Source: an uncultured Gemmatimonadota bacterium (GTDB taxonomy: Bacteria > JAAXHH01). From it: DNA of 64,000 bases. The notes beneath the pieces are model-generated. The model made no database searches. It was given only the letters and a program-made list of their open reading frames with translations, and was not told the DNA's origin. The position numbers were made by a program, and so were the translations under genes. The stretch lies in NCBI GenBank assembly GCA_951812955.1, contig OX638340.1, positions 2,784,001 through 2,848,000 on the forward strand, read 5' to 3'. This document shows positions 16,402 to 25,835 of the stretch, one piece after another (within the stretch, counting starts at the first letter, position 1; each line of letters starts with the position of its first letter).

Positions 16402-17178
16402 TTATTCCGGGTGGTCGCCGATACAGACCCGGAGCAGGTTAGGGTGTCCCGGTATATCCTTCGTACCGGCGCCGTAACCGATTTTTCTCAACACCATCTT
16501 TGGCGGAACACCGTGCCCGTCGGCCGTGGCTTTAAGAAACGCGGCGCCGGTCGGAGTGACCAACTCACCCTCGATACCGGTGTGGTAAACTGGCATGTCC
16601 CGCATCAGTTCCAGCGCGCCCGGGGCGGGTACCGGCATAAGACCGTGTGCACAATGGATAAAGCCCCTTCCCATCGGCAGCGCCGAGGCGTACACCATTT
16701 CTATGTCAAGCAGGGCCAGGCCTATGCATGCGCCCACGATGTCGACGATGGCATCGACCCCGCTGACTTCGTGCAGGTGGACCTCCCGTTTCGAAATGCC
16801 GTGTACCTTGCTTTCCGCCGTCGCCAGATGATCGAATACCTGGATCGCCCGCCGCCTGACAGCTCCGTCAATCGTGCTGCCTTCGATTATGGAAGTCAGA
16901 TCTTCGAGGTGCCTTGCTTCTCCGTGGTCGTGGTAAGGCCCGTCCTCGCCGGGTCCCTCGATGATTTCACGACCCTCCGCGGTCTGGACGATGACGTCGA
17001 CCTTGGTCCCGGCGATGTATTGCCGGGTCACTGTTTTCCGGGTGAGCCGATAACCGTCGAGAGGAAGTTTTTGCAGTTCGCCGCTCAGCGCGTCGAAATC
17101 CAGGCCGGCGTCCACCAGTGCGCCGAGGATCATATCGCCGCTGATTCCGGAGAAACAGTCGAAGTACGCTATGGCCAT
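16402..17178 (-). CDS. LarC-family (DUF111) nickel-insertion protein, N-terminal domain only (LarC1-like)
   Basis: 258 aa beginning MAIAYFDCFSGISGDMILGALVDAGL, the conserved DUF111/LarC N-terminus. It ends ...LLRVCIGDHPE, where full-length LarC continues with a C-terminal CTP-binding domain. No LarC2, LarB or LarE in the window. Confidence 0.6.
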   Translation of the reverse strand: MAIAYFDCFSGISGDMILGALVDAGLDFDALSGELQKLPLDGYRLTRKTVTRQYIAGTKVDVIVQTAEGREIIEGPGEDGPYHDHGEARHLEDLTSIIEGSTIDGAVRRRAIQVFDHLATAESKVHGISKREVHLHEVSGVDAIVDIVGACIGLALLDIEMVYASALPMGRGFIHCAHGLMPVPAPGALELMRDMPVYHTGIEGELVTPTGAAFLKATADGHGVPPKMVLRKIGYGAGTKDIPGHPNLLRVCIGDHPE

Positions 17179-17258
17179 GCATCCGCCCCATACATAAATG
17201 ACCGGACGATCTGAGTAAATCGTCCGGCCATGAGAAACTACAGAATAGGCTGGTCCGG

Positions 17259-17996
17259 CTACCTGCGGGAGTCGCCGTCGGCATTCGTTTCACCGCCCGT
17301 TTCCCCGGCGTCGCCCGCGTCACCCGCGTCCGCACCGCCGTCGGCATTCGCTTCACCGCCAGCGTTCCCGGTGTCGCCCATGCCACCCGTGTCCGCGCCG
17401 CCGTCGGCATTCGCTTCACCGCCAGCGTTCCCGGCGTCGCCCATGCCACCCGTGTCCGCGCCGCCGTCGGCGTTCGCTTCACCGTCAGCGTTCCCGGCGT
17501 CACCATCATCGCCAACCCCTTCGGTCATTTCCTCTTCGGTCATTTCGGCTTCTTTCAATTCCAGGGCGACGAGCAGTTCATCCACGTCTTCGGGCCAGGC
17601 TTCGTTCATTTCCAGCGCGATCGTCAGTTGATCGGCAACGAGTTCCATGGCCTCTTCCGCGATGCCCATTTCTCCCAGGCTTTCCTTAAAACTCTTCCCG
17701 TCGTACTCGATCTCACCCCCGGCGACCAATGTGAATTGGGCCAGCAGGTCCGCTTTCCACGCATCCTGGTCGACCCCTTCGAGTTGGCCCTTCAACTGCT
17801 CTTCTTCCACGGCCGCGTCGACGAAATCATCGATCACGCCCATAATCATTTCTTCACCGCCCAGGCGGTCATAGAGGGGACCGTCCATCACCCATTCCAT
17901 GTTCGGGTCGTCATGCTGGGCATGCAGGGGTGCGGCGGTACCGATCAGCAGGAATAGCGCGGGAAGCGCCACGGAAGTCAAAGCCATGCGAATCAT
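17259..17996 (-). CDS. Secreted truncated-globin-like protein with C-terminal acidic 21-aa tandem repeats
   Basis: ORF 17259..18074. The likely start is MIRMALTSVALPALFLLIGTAAPLHAQ (signal peptide) preceded by an AAGGAG RBS. The segment LYDRLGGEE..FTLVAGGEIEYDGKSFKESLGEMGI parallels the 2/2-hemoglobin pattern, but the proximal-His position is Leu/Glu. The C-terminus has GGADTGGMGDAGNAGGEANAD repeats. Confidence 0.5.
   Translation of the reverse strand: MIRMALTSVALPALFLLIGTAAPLHAQHDDPNMEWVMDGPLYDRLGGEEMIMGVIDDFVDAAVEEEQLKGQLEGVDQDAWKADLLAQFTLVAGGEIEYDGKSFKESLGEMGIAEEAMELVADQLTIALEMNEAWPEDVDELLVALELKEAEMTEEEMTEGVGDDGDAGNADGEANADGGADTGGMGDAGNAGGEANADGGADTGGMGDTGNAGGEANADGGADAGDAGDAGETGGETNADGDSRR
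17277..17513. repeat. 63-bp intragenic tandem repeat (about 3.7 copies)
   Basis: Unit GTCGGCATTCGCTTCACCGCCAGCGTTCCCGG(T/C)GTCGCCCATGCCACCCGTGTCCGCGCCGCC. Copies start at 17277, 17340, 17403 and 17466. Encodes the acidic 21-aa repeat of the secreted protein. Confidence 0.85.
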
Positions 17997-18159
17997 TTGG
18001 TATTCTCCTTGTTCCCCGGTCGGGGCGCGTTGTTTCAATCCAGACCCAGTTACTCGCCGTATTTCGTCGTACACGTCAACGGGGTTTTACCGGAAGATAG
18101 TGGTAAACCTTTAAAAAATCAACGAATTCTCCCCTGGGCCGACTGGATCGGGTACGCGT

Positions 18160-18990
18160 TTACAGGAGACAGGTGTCGATTACATGAGCGACACCGTCCG
18201 CGTCGTTGGTCGGCGCGACCAGGTCCGCCGCGCGCCGAACCGTGTCCGGCGCGTTCCCCATGGCGACGCCGAGTCCGGCGTATTCGATCATGTCCAGGTC
18301 ATTGAAGTTGTCGCCGATGCTGATCATTCGCTCGGATCCGATACCGTAGCGTTCGCCGAGGAATGCGAGGGACTTCGCCTTGGACACGCCGGCAGGTACG
18401 ATTTCCATGCACCAGTAGTCGCCCACCAGGGTGCTTCGCGACAGGATAATGCCGATCCGGTCGCCGAATTCAGCCAGTTCCGCCTTCAGCTCATGCATGG
18501 ACGATCCCCTTCCGGCCACGGCGATCTGCGCAGGGTCCCGGCTGAGCACCTGTTCCAGGCCGTCCACCTGAAAGACCTTGTCTGCGTTGGCCTCCAGGTA
18601 GCGTTCCCGCCAGCCGTTCGCCGAGCGGGGCAGTTCAACCCAGATGTACCGGCTTTCCGGTACCGGTTCGTAAACGAGGGGATCGTGTCCGCGCCGTTTG
18701 CAGAAATCAACCAGGTCGACTGCCAGTGCCCGCGGCATGTTTACCGCCCTGAGCAAAGGACCGTCGAGGGATTCGAGTATGAGCGCGCCGCTGTGGAAGA
18801 TCAGCGTCGTGGAAGGCGGTACCTTTTCCGCCGCGGCCCGGCCGGAGTTGAGGCTTCTCCCGGTGCAGAGCGCCACGCGCTTTCCCGCCGAGACGGCTCT
18901 TCGAAGGGCCTGGAGCGTTCCGGCGGAGATCTCGCGCCGGGACGTCAGCAGCGTGCCGTCGATGTCGATGGCGATCAGGTCGTAGGACAT
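18160..18990 (-). CDS. Cof-type HAD-IIB family hydrolase
   Basis: 276 aa. Has MSYDLIAIDIDGTLL (motif I DxDGT), a ...GDNFNDLDMIEYAGLGVAMGNA motif IV, and a cap typical of the Cof subfamily. Confidence 0.75.
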   Translation of the reverse strand: MSYDLIAIDIDGTLLTSRREISAGTLQALRRAVSAGKRVALCTGRSLNSGRAAAEKVPPSTTLIFHSGALILESLDGPLLRAVNMPRALAVDLVDFCKRRGHDPLVYEPVPESRYIWVELPRSANGWRERYLEANADKVFQVDGLEQVLSRDPAQIAVAGRGSSMHELKAELAEFGDRIGIILSRSTLVGDYWCMEIVPAGVSKAKSLAFLGERYGIGSERMISIGDNFNDLDMIEYAGLGVAMGNAPDTVRRAADLVAPTNDADGVAHVIDTCLL

Positions 18991-19008
18991 TTCCGAGGTT
19001 CTTTCGGG

Positions 19009-19836
19009 TCAGGGTATGAAGCGCTCGATAGCCCGGGCGACGCCGTCGTCGTCCACGGAAGCCGTGACATGGTCCGCAAGGGCGCGGACTTCGGGTGGTC
19101 CGTTTCCCATGGCCACGCCCAGGCCCGCCACGTCGAGCATTTCCAGGTCGTTCAGGTTGTCTCCCACCGCCATGACCTCGGTGAGATCGATCCCGAGTAG
19201 CTGGGCCAGTCTGCGCAGTCCGTCGCCCTTGGACACGCCAAAAGGCATGACCGTGATGACACTGTAGCAACGATCCCATGGACTGATTTCGAAGACCACG
19301 CTCGTGTTCGGAAGATGTGCCCTGATGTGTGATTCCCGGCATCTGACCCGTTCGTTGCGCTCGGCGACCGTTATGCAGGTGACGTCCTGCCCGAGATAGT
19401 CGCACAGGTCGTCCACCCGGTGAACGCGGTCGGCGTTCTGCGCGGCGTAGTCGATAAACGCGTGGTTGTCCGGATCTAAGGAATCATAGTAGAAGTATCG
19501 CACTTCAGGTAGCGGGCCGTACACGATGGGATGAAACCCGATGCTGCGAAACACGCGCACGGAATCCATCGCGAGATGATTCGAAAGGTGTCGCAAATAC
19601 CTGGCGCGACGATTGGGGGCGTCGTAAATCATGGCGCCGTTGTTCAGCACGTACGGTACGTTCAACGGTAGATGCCGCACGGCCTCTTCAGCGGATGGCA
19701 GGCTACGCCCCGTGCATACCGTGACGAAGACGCCGCGGCCGACCGCGTGCCGCACCGCGTCCGCCGTGGCGACGGTCATGACCTTTCTTCCGTCGATCAG
19801 CGTGCCGTCGATGTCCAGGGCGAGGAGACGATACAT
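19009..19836 (-). CDS. Cof-type HAD-IIB family hydrolase (paralog, tandem)
   Basis: ORF 19009..19956 trimmed to start at MYRLLALDIDGTLIDG. The upstream 40 codons of the track ORF overlap the tRNA genes and the terminator. Ends ...GDNLNDLEMLDVAGLGVAMGNG. Confidence 0.75.
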   Translation of the reverse strand: MYRLLALDIDGTLIDGRKVMTVATADAVRHAVGRGVFVTVCTGRSLPSAEEAVRHLPLNVPYVLNNGAMIYDAPNRRARYLRHLSNHLAMDSVRVFRSIGFHPIVYGPLPEVRYFYYDSLDPDNHAFIDYAAQNADRVHRVDDLCDYLGQDVTCITVAERNERVRCRESHIRAHLPNTSVVFEISPWDRCYSVITVMPFGVSKGDGLRRLAQLLGIDLTEVMAVGDNLNDLEMLDVAGLGVAMGNGPPEVRALADHVTASVDDDGVARAIERFIP

Positions 19837-19849
19837 GATATAACGGATT

Positions 19850-19880
19850 AAAAAAAACGGAGACTTATGGAAAGCCTCCG
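19850..19880 (-). terminator. Rho-independent terminator downstream of the tRNA-Met/tRNA-Val pair
   Basis: On the minus strand: stem CGGAGGC / GTCTCCG (7 bp with one G-U) and loop TTTCCATAAGT, followed by T8 (the plus-strand A8 at 19850-19857). Confidence 0.55.
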
Positions 19881-19906
19881 CCTTTCGTTTCAGACCTTGT
19901 ACCCGA

Positions 19907-19980
19907 TGGGCGCTAGTGGACTCGAACCACTGACCTCCACGATGTGAGCGTGGCACTCTAACCGGCTGAGCTAAGCGCCC
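19907..19980 (-). tRNA. tRNA-Val (anticodon CAC)
   Basis: Minus-strand sequence GGGCGCTTAGCTCAGCCGGTTAGAGTGCCACGCTCACATCGTGGAGGTCAGTGGTTCGAGTCCACTAGCGCCCA. Perfect 7-bp acceptor stem, UAGCUCAG D-loop, GGTTCGAGTCC T-arm, anticodon loop CUCACAU. CCA is not encoded. Confidence 0.8.
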
Positions 19981-19986
19981 GGCAAA

Positions 19987-20060
19987 TGGGCCCGCCAGGA
20001 CTCGAACCTGGGACCGTCCGATTATGAGTCGGATGCTCTAACCAACTGAGCTACAGGCCC
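19987..20060 (-). tRNA. tRNA-Met (anticodon CAT); could alternatively be the lysidine-modified tRNA-Ile2
   Basis: Minus-strand GGGCCTGTAGCTCAGTTGGTTAGAGCATCCGACTCATAATCGGACGGTCCCAGGTTCGAGTCCTGGCGGGCCCA. Anticodon loop CUCAUAA. 1-72 is paired, so it is not an initiator. Met versus Ile2 cannot be resolved by eye. Confidence 0.75.
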
Positions 20061-20148
20061 ATGTTTGCGACCCAGTCAGCCTACCCGACAGATTGGATCA
20101 ATATAGGCGAACGGGGGGGCATCGTCAAGCAAAAGATGGGGGTGAAGC

Positions 20149-21915
20149 TCAATCTCCCCGGGCCGATTGCAGCAGGACTTTTTCCTGTTGCTTGAGCTCC
20201 ATGTAAGTGGCCATGGCGTCGTTCAATTCGTCGCTTCGCCCACCCTTTTCCATCTGCTTTATCTGTTCCATGAGTCGGGCCATGCTTTCCTTGAGCCGTT
20301 TCTGTTTTATCCGGATGATATGGTCCCGGGCTCTTTGTTCAAGGTTTACGCCGGAGTCCGATGCATTGATCAGTTCCGTCATCATCCGTGCGGCCTCGTC
20401 ATCGCCGATGGTATCGATCAGGCCGGAAAGGTCGTACGTTCCCTCGCCGCCCAGTCTCGCGAAACACAGCTCGACGATCCGGCGGTACAGGGGGTGCTTG
20501 AAATCCCGAGGTTCCAGTTGGTTTTCGACGAGTTCGGCTATGGCCCGGCCGTCGAGCATGAGTTGCACCAGGTCCCGTTCCACCATCGCGTCGCCGTCCG
20601 GCGCCCCCTCGGCTCGAGGCGCTCGGCGATCGCGTTGCACGGCGCCCGGGCTGCGCAGTTCGGAGGCCAGCAATCCCTGCAGTGCCGGAAACCGGCGTTC
20701 GGCTTCTTCCCGGTACGTTTCCCGGTGGACCAGGTTCGTTGTTTTTCGGATGAGTTCGGTCAGCGTACGAAACACTTCCTCCCGGTCGCCCGAACCCTGG
20801 AGGTTGGCGTGGTGTCCCATGAAATCGGCGATGGAATCGGCGCTGTCGACGAGTTTCATGAACCCGTCCGGCCCGTGTTCTCTCACGTAGGAATCGGGAT
20901 CGTAGTCTTCCGGCAGGCGTACGATCCGGGTCCACAGCCCCGATTCCACGAGGGGTTCGATCGCGCGCCAGGTCGCCCTCACCCCGGCCTGGTCGGAGTC
21001 GTAGACCAGAAACGCCTGCTGTCCGTACCGCGCCAGGAGCCGGGCCTGTTCCCGCGTCAACGCCGTTCCGCAAAGGGCGACCGCCCCGTGGATGCCCTGC
21101 TCGTACAGGCCGAGCAGGTCCATGTATCCCTCCACGACGAGTACCCGTCCCCGTTGCCGCAGCGCATCCCGGGCCTGGTACAGTCCGTAAAGCACCTGGC
21201 TCTTGCGGTAGATGGGGGATTCCGACGAATTCAGATACTTGGGCTGGTCCTCGTCGGAAAGCGCTCTCCCGCCGAATCCGACCACGCGGCCACTGGGCGC
21301 CTGAATGGGAAAGATGAGCCGTTTCCTGAAGGCATCGTAGGTACGCTGCTCGCCGGTCTTGGCCAGTCCGGCCTTAACGAGCAAGGCCGCGTCGATGCCC
21401 TGATTCCGGGCCGCGTTCAGAAGGTCGTTCCATGAATCGGGCGCGTAACCGAGCCCAAAGGACTTGACCGTCTCTTCGGATAGCCCGCGTCGTTCGGTGT
21501 AACGCCGGACGATCGAATCGCGGCCGGCGTTGAGCAGGCGTTCGTGGAAGAACCGGGCGGCGAACCGGGTTACCTGCGCGAGGCTTTCCGCCTCGCTTCC
21601 GGCCTCGCGCTGCCGGTACGTATCGGGTATGGTGATATTGAGGCGGCGGGCGATGTGGCGGACCGCTTCCACGAACGTGACGTTTTCGTGCTCCATGAGG
21701 AAGGAGAATACGTTGCCGCCCTTGCCGCATCCGAAACAGTGGTAAATCTGCCGTTCCGGGTTGACGCTGAAGGAAGGGGTCTTCTCGTCGTGAAACGGAC
21801 AGAGTCCCTTGTAGTTTTTACCCGCTTTTCGCAGCGTGACGTAGTCGGAGACGACGTCCACGATGTCCGCTTGCGACCGGATCGAATCGATGAGCTCTTC
21901 CGGTATCCGCGCCAA
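20149..21915 (-). CDS. dnaG: DNA primase
   Basis: 588 aa. N-terminal zinc-binding domain (CPFHDEKTPSFSVNPERQIYHCFGCGKGGNVFSFLME), TOPRIM core (LVVEGYMDLL), C-terminal helicase-interaction region. Confidence 0.9.
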   Translation of the reverse strand: MARIPEELIDSIRSQADIVDVVSDYVTLRKAGKNYKGLCPFHDEKTPSFSVNPERQIYHCFGCGKGGNVFSFLMEHENVTFVEAVRHIARRLNITIPDTYRQREAGSEAESLAQVTRFAARFFHERLLNAGRDSIVRRYTERRGLSEETVKSFGLGYAPDSWNDLLNAARNQGIDAALLVKAGLAKTGEQRTYDAFRKRLIFPIQAPSGRVVGFGGRALSDEDQPKYLNSSESPIYRKSQVLYGLYQARDALRQRGRVLVVEGYMDLLGLYEQGIHGAVALCGTALTREQARLLARYGQQAFLVYDSDQAGVRATWRAIEPLVESGLWTRIVRLPEDYDPDSYVREHGPDGFMKLVDSADSIADFMGHHANLQGSGDREEVFRTLTELIRKTTNLVHRETYREEAERRFPALQGLLASELRSPGAVQRDRRAPRAEGAPDGDAMVERDLVQLMLDGRAIAELVENQLEPRDFKHPLYRRIVELCFARLGGEGTYDLSGLIDTIGDDEAARMMTELINASDSGVNLEQRARDHIIRIKQKRLKESMARLMEQIKQMEKGGRSDELNDAMATYMELKQQEKVLLQSARGD

Positions 21916-21966
21916 GGCGCTCCCCCGCGTTCCCCCGCCGGTTCCGGGCGGGACTGTTCAAGGTCC

Positions 21967-22548
21967 TCACACCAGGTCGCACGCCTCGGGCGGCATCCAG
22001 TGCGCGTCCCGGTTCTCCCATTTGACGTTGCACCCGATGGGATTGGTGAGCGGCGTCCTGACCGGACGCCCCGCCGTCACGTCGTCAAGGGCTGCTTCCA
22101 GGTCGTTCGCCGTTATGCCGTCCGCGTCTCTGGGACTGTCGACGCCGCGGCCGGTATAGACCAGGCTGCGGTCCGGGTCGAATACATAGAAGTGGGGTGT
22201 TCTGAGGGCGCCATACGCCCGCGCGACATCCTGGGACGCGTCGCGCACGTAGACCCAGGGGAAGCGATGGACATTCATCCGGGAGACCATATGATCGAAA
22301 TCGTCGTCGGGATGCGTGACCTCGCTGTTGGAATTGATCCCGACGAACCGGACTCCGCGGGAGGCATACCTTTCCGCGGAAACGCGGGTGACCTCGTCGG
22401 AACCGGTTACGAAGGGACAGTGGTTGCAGGTGAAAAACACCACCAGCGTCTCCGCGGCGGAGAAATCGTCCAGGCTGTAGGTCCTGCCGTCCGTCGCCGG
22501 AAGCGAGAACCCCGGCGCGGTTTCACCCAATTGCAGCGTAAAGGCCAT
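21967..22548 (-). CDS. Thioredoxin-fold family protein (AhpC/TSA-like redoxin)
   Basis: ORF 21967..22596; the likely start is [26 protein letters not shown]. Has a CxxC motif FTCNHCPFV. Confidence 0.6.
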   Translation of the reverse strand: MAFTLQLGETAPGFSLPATDGRTYSLDDFSAAETLVVFFTCNHCPFVTGSDEVTRVSAERYASRGVRFVGINSNSEVTHPDDDFDHMVSRMNVHRFPWVYVRDASQDVARAYGALRTPHFYVFDPDRSLVYTGRGVDSPRDADGITANDLEAALDDVTAGRPVRTPLTNPIGCNVKWENRDAHWMPPEACDLV

Positions 22549-22649
22549 GATCACCCTCCTGTCGAAACGATGTAACGCAATAACGAAGACGCACACCCCG
22601 GCTTGCGCGGTTCGAACCGGTTCGCCGCGGCGTCATCCCGCGAAAGCGC

Positions 22650-25130
22650 TTAATCTCTCATCTCCACGATGGTTACCCCGGTCCCCCCATCGCGCTCTTC
22701 GGCGAAATGGGACGATTTGACCAGGGGATGGTGTTGCAGAAACTCCCGGATCGCGCTGCTCAGGGCCCCGGTACCCTTTCCGTGCAGGATTCGGATTTCG
22801 TTGAGGTCATCGAGGGCGGTCCGGTCGATGCAGCGGTCCACGGCGTCGATGGCCTCCCTGGCGCGATAACCCCTCACGTCCAGTTCCGACAGGGGATCGC
22901 GGGGACGGTCCACCTGTACTTTGACGCGATTCGCGGTAGTCCCGGTTGAGGCCGCCGGATCGGGTTTGTGGAGACTGACTTCGGACCTCCGCGCCGTGAT
23001 CTCCATCCTGCCGGTCTGGATGCGCAGGCGGTCTCCCTGGTCCTGGAGTACCCTGCCCGCCTGCCGCAATGACTCCAGCCATACCTCGTCGCCCGCCGAG
23101 ATCACCTCCCCACCTGTGCGTTCGGGAACGGTATCCCTGGAATCCCCTCCGGCGCGTTTTGGAACCCGGTCCCCGGTATCCGCGTCCGCCGCGGCCGTAT
23201 CGGTATCAATGGCATCGAGCATGCTCTGAAGCAGAACGCGCTGGTCCCTGACCGCCTTGTGTGATTCCTCGACAGCCCCGGACGCGGCCTGTTCCCTGCG
23301 GACCTCGGCCACTGCCCGGTCGATGGCGGCCTGGGCGTCTTTCAGCATCCGGTCCATCTTCTCGCGGCTGGAATCGATCACGTCGCGTTCTTTCTGCTTG
23401 TATGAAGCGATCCGGTCTTCGTAGGACCGTTTCAAGGCATCGAGTTCAACGCGAAGCCGGTCCGCCTGCTCCTGCGCGGCGACGAGCTGTTCGTGCTTCC
23501 GGTCCACGTCCGTGATCAATTCGTCCAGCCGCCGTTCGGGGGTCCCCATGTACCGGGCGGACCGCACGAGGACTTCTTCGGGCATGCCGAGCCGGCGTCC
23601 GATCTCGATGGCGTAGCTGGCCCCCGGGATGCCCTGCCGGAACTGGTAGGTCGGCGCGAGGGTTTCGACGTGGAAGACCATCGATCCGTTTTCCACCCGA
23701 CCGGTCCGGTTGGCGAAGGCCTTGAGCGCGTCAAGGTGGGTCGTCGCCGCCGTGACGGTCCCCCGCAGGGTAAGCGATTCCAGGATGGACATGCCCATGG
23801 CCGCCCCCGCTGAAGGGTCCGTGCCGGCCCCCAGCTCATCGAGGAGCACCAGGGTGTGTTCGTCGGCGTCTTCCAGGATGGTGCGTATATGCCCCATGTG
23901 GGCCGAAAAGGTACTCAGATTCGCCTCGATCGACTGCTCATCCCCGATGTCCGCGAAGATGGAATCGAACACGGCGATATCCGTGTCGTCGTCAGCGGGT
24001 ATGTGCAAACCGGCCTGCGCCATCATGGTCAGGATTCCGATGGACTTCAGGGCGACCGTCTTGCCGCCCATGTTGGGACCGGTAATCACGAGCGTTCGCA
24101 TGGCTTCGCCGATTTCCAGGTTCAGCGGAACGACCGCCTCGCACTGGTCCGCCTGTTGAAGGATGGGATGCCGTGCGTTGCGCAGGATAACGCGGCCGTC
24201 GGAATTCAGCCTCGGCGGTGCTGCCCGCAGGTCAATCGAAAGCACGGCGGCCGCGTGATAGAAGTCGAGCTGGCCCAGGAGGCCGTAGGAAACGGCTATG
24301 GAATCCGCCTGACGGTGTATCTGGTCGGTCAGGGTTAACAGAACGCGTTCGATTTCGCGGCCTTCCTCCACGATCAGTTCGCGCAGCCGGTTGTTGAATT
24401 CGACGACACCCATGGGTTCGATGAATACCGTGGCGCCGCTCGCGGACTGGTCATGGACCACGCCCTGGACCTGGCCGCGGTGATCCATGCGTACCGGGAC
24501 CACGTACCGCCCGTCCCGCATGGTGATGACCGGGTCCTGCAGCGCCCGGGCTCCTGTTTCGGACTGAACGAACCGCTGAAGCCAGTTTCGCGCGCGTTCC
24601 CGCATGGTCTGTTGATCCGCGCGGATCCGGCGCAGCGCGGGACTGGCGTGATCGCGTACGTTGCCGTCGGCGTCGATCGCTTGCCCGATCGACGTTTCGA
24701 TCTCCTGGAAATCTCCCAGCCCGGATGTGAGGGACCGGACATGGGGCTCGGTGGAACGACTCCTCAACCGCAGGCCGAATGCCCGCATGAGGCGGCTTAC
24801 ACGGAGGGTGTCCGCCACGTCCAGCAGGACCTTCGGATCCAACATGGCACCGGCCGCGCCGGCCTGTTCCAGGGCCTGGCCAATGTCTTTGATGCCTCGC
24901 AGGGGAACGGTTTCCCGCTTGTCGAGGAATCCCCGCATCTCGGTGACGGTCTGGAGGTTCTTCCGGATTACGCCGATCTCGTTTGCCGGATCCAGGGACA
25001 TCGCCCGGCGATGACCCTGAACGGAGACCGTCCTTTCCGATACCATCGTCCTGACGGCGTCGAATTCCAGGACCTGCAGCGTGTGGGGAGGTATTCCGGG
25101 TTTCATGTTCGGTCGTTGGTGATTCGCCAC
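22650..25130 (-). CDS. mutS2: Endonuclease MutS2 (MutS domain V ATPase plus C-terminal Smr domain)
   Basis: 826 aa. Walker A GPNMGGKTV, ...DELGAGTDP..., C-terminal Smr (LDVRGYRAREAIDAVDRCIDRT...ILHGKGTGALSSAIREFL). An alternative start is MKPGIPPHTLQVLEF at about 25106. Confidence 0.85.
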   Translation of the reverse strand: MANHQRPNMKPGIPPHTLQVLEFDAVRTMVSERTVSVQGHRRAMSLDPANEIGVIRKNLQTVTEMRGFLDKRETVPLRGIKDIGQALEQAGAAGAMLDPKVLLDVADTLRVSRLMRAFGLRLRSRSTEPHVRSLTSGLGDFQEIETSIGQAIDADGNVRDHASPALRRIRADQQTMRERARNWLQRFVQSETGARALQDPVITMRDGRYVVPVRMDHRGQVQGVVHDQSASGATVFIEPMGVVEFNNRLRELIVEEGREIERVLLTLTDQIHRQADSIAVSYGLLGQLDFYHAAAVLSIDLRAAPPRLNSDGRVILRNARHPILQQADQCEAVVPLNLEIGEAMRTLVITGPNMGGKTVALKSIGILTMMAQAGLHIPADDDTDIAVFDSIFADIGDEQSIEANLSTFSAHMGHIRTILEDADEHTLVLLDELGAGTDPSAGAAMGMSILESLTLRGTVTAATTHLDALKAFANRTGRVENGSMVFHVETLAPTYQFRQGIPGASYAIEIGRRLGMPEEVLVRSARYMGTPERRLDELITDVDRKHEQLVAAQEQADRLRVELDALKRSYEDRIASYKQKERDVIDSSREKMDRMLKDAQAAIDRAVAEVRREQAASGAVEESHKAVRDQRVLLQSMLDAIDTDTAAADADTGDRVPKRAGGDSRDTVPERTGGEVISAGDEVWLESLRQAGRVLQDQGDRLRIQTGRMEITARRSEVSLHKPDPAASTGTTANRVKVQVDRPRDPLSELDVRGYRAREAIDAVDRCIDRTALDDLNEIRILHGKGTGALSSAIREFLQHHPLVKSSHFAEERDGGTGVTIVEMRD

Positions 25131-25139
25131 CGGCCAAAG

Positions 25140-25754
25140 TTAACCGCTTCGGACCGGTAGCGCGGGACGTTCGTCCGACAATGCGCGCGGTTGACCGGGG
25201 TCGGCCGGCGCGGGGGGTGCCTGGGTGGAACGCAGATATCGCTCCAGTTCCTCCATGAAAGGCGGGGAACCGGGTTCCAGTCGGTCCATTACGGAATCGA
25301 TGATGGTCGGGATGATGGTCATGGCCTCCGGGGCAAGGGACGATCGGTCAATCTCCGCCCTGGCCGTACCGGTGAACGGCATGAATGCATAGAGGATCAA
25401 CAAAAGGCTCGAGATGACATATCCCCGCGCACCCCCGATCAACATGCCGGCCAGGCGGCTGAGCAGGGACCTGGAACCGGCCCGGAAAGACCGGCCGGCC
25501 GCGCCGGTTACAGCGTTGGCCAGCGCGAGCGACAGTATCAGGCAGGCGAACAGGCTGAACCAGTGCAGCCAGCCGGGGGGTAAGCCCGTCAGGCGGCCGA
25601 GGAGACCGGACACGAGACCGAACTGGGTCAGGGCGATGACCAGGGCCGAGACGATCCCCGCCAGGTCCAGCAGGCTCCTGGCAGGACCCTTGCGGAAGCC
25701 GGTAGCCGCCTGGTAAAGGACGAGGATCACGATGGCGATATCGATCCAGTTCAT
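25140..25754 (-). CDS. cvpA: CvpA-family membrane protein (colicin V production protein homolog)
   Basis: 204 aa. N-terminal MNWIDIAIVILVLYQAATGFRKG and four TM segments typical of CvpA. Confidence 0.7.
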   Translation of the reverse strand: MNWIDIAIVILVLYQAATGFRKGPARSLLDLAGIVSALVIALTQFGLVSGLLGRLTGLPPGWLHWFSLFACLILSLALANAVTGAAGRSFRAGSRSLLSRLAGMLIGGARGYVISSLLLILYAFMPFTGTARAEIDRSSLAPEAMTIIPTIIDSVMDRLEPGSPPFMEELERYLRSTQAPPAPADPGQPRALSDERPALPVRSG

Positions 25755-25835
25755 GGCATCAAAACACGGAAAGCCTCTCCGGGGTTTCGGAGAGGCTTCG
25801 CAAGAGGACCGGCGCTGACCGCAATCAGAAAGGGA

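Noticed and set aside
19837-19956. N-terminal 40 codons of track ORF 19009..19956
   Set aside because: They read through the tRNA-Val gene and the terminator. The HAD hydrolase starts at the conserved MYRLLALDIDGTL with its own spacing.
19987-20060. Considered calling this tRNA an initiator tRNA-fMet
   Set aside because: Base 1 pairs with base 72 (G-C) and the anticodon stem lacks the three consecutive G-C pairs. Called elongator Met or Ile2 instead.
20061-20148. Expected rpoD downstream of dnaG (classic rpsU-dnaG-rpoD operon)
   Set aside because: Downstream of dnaG are the two tRNA genes, and no sigma-factor ORF is present. This was only noted as context, not as a feature.
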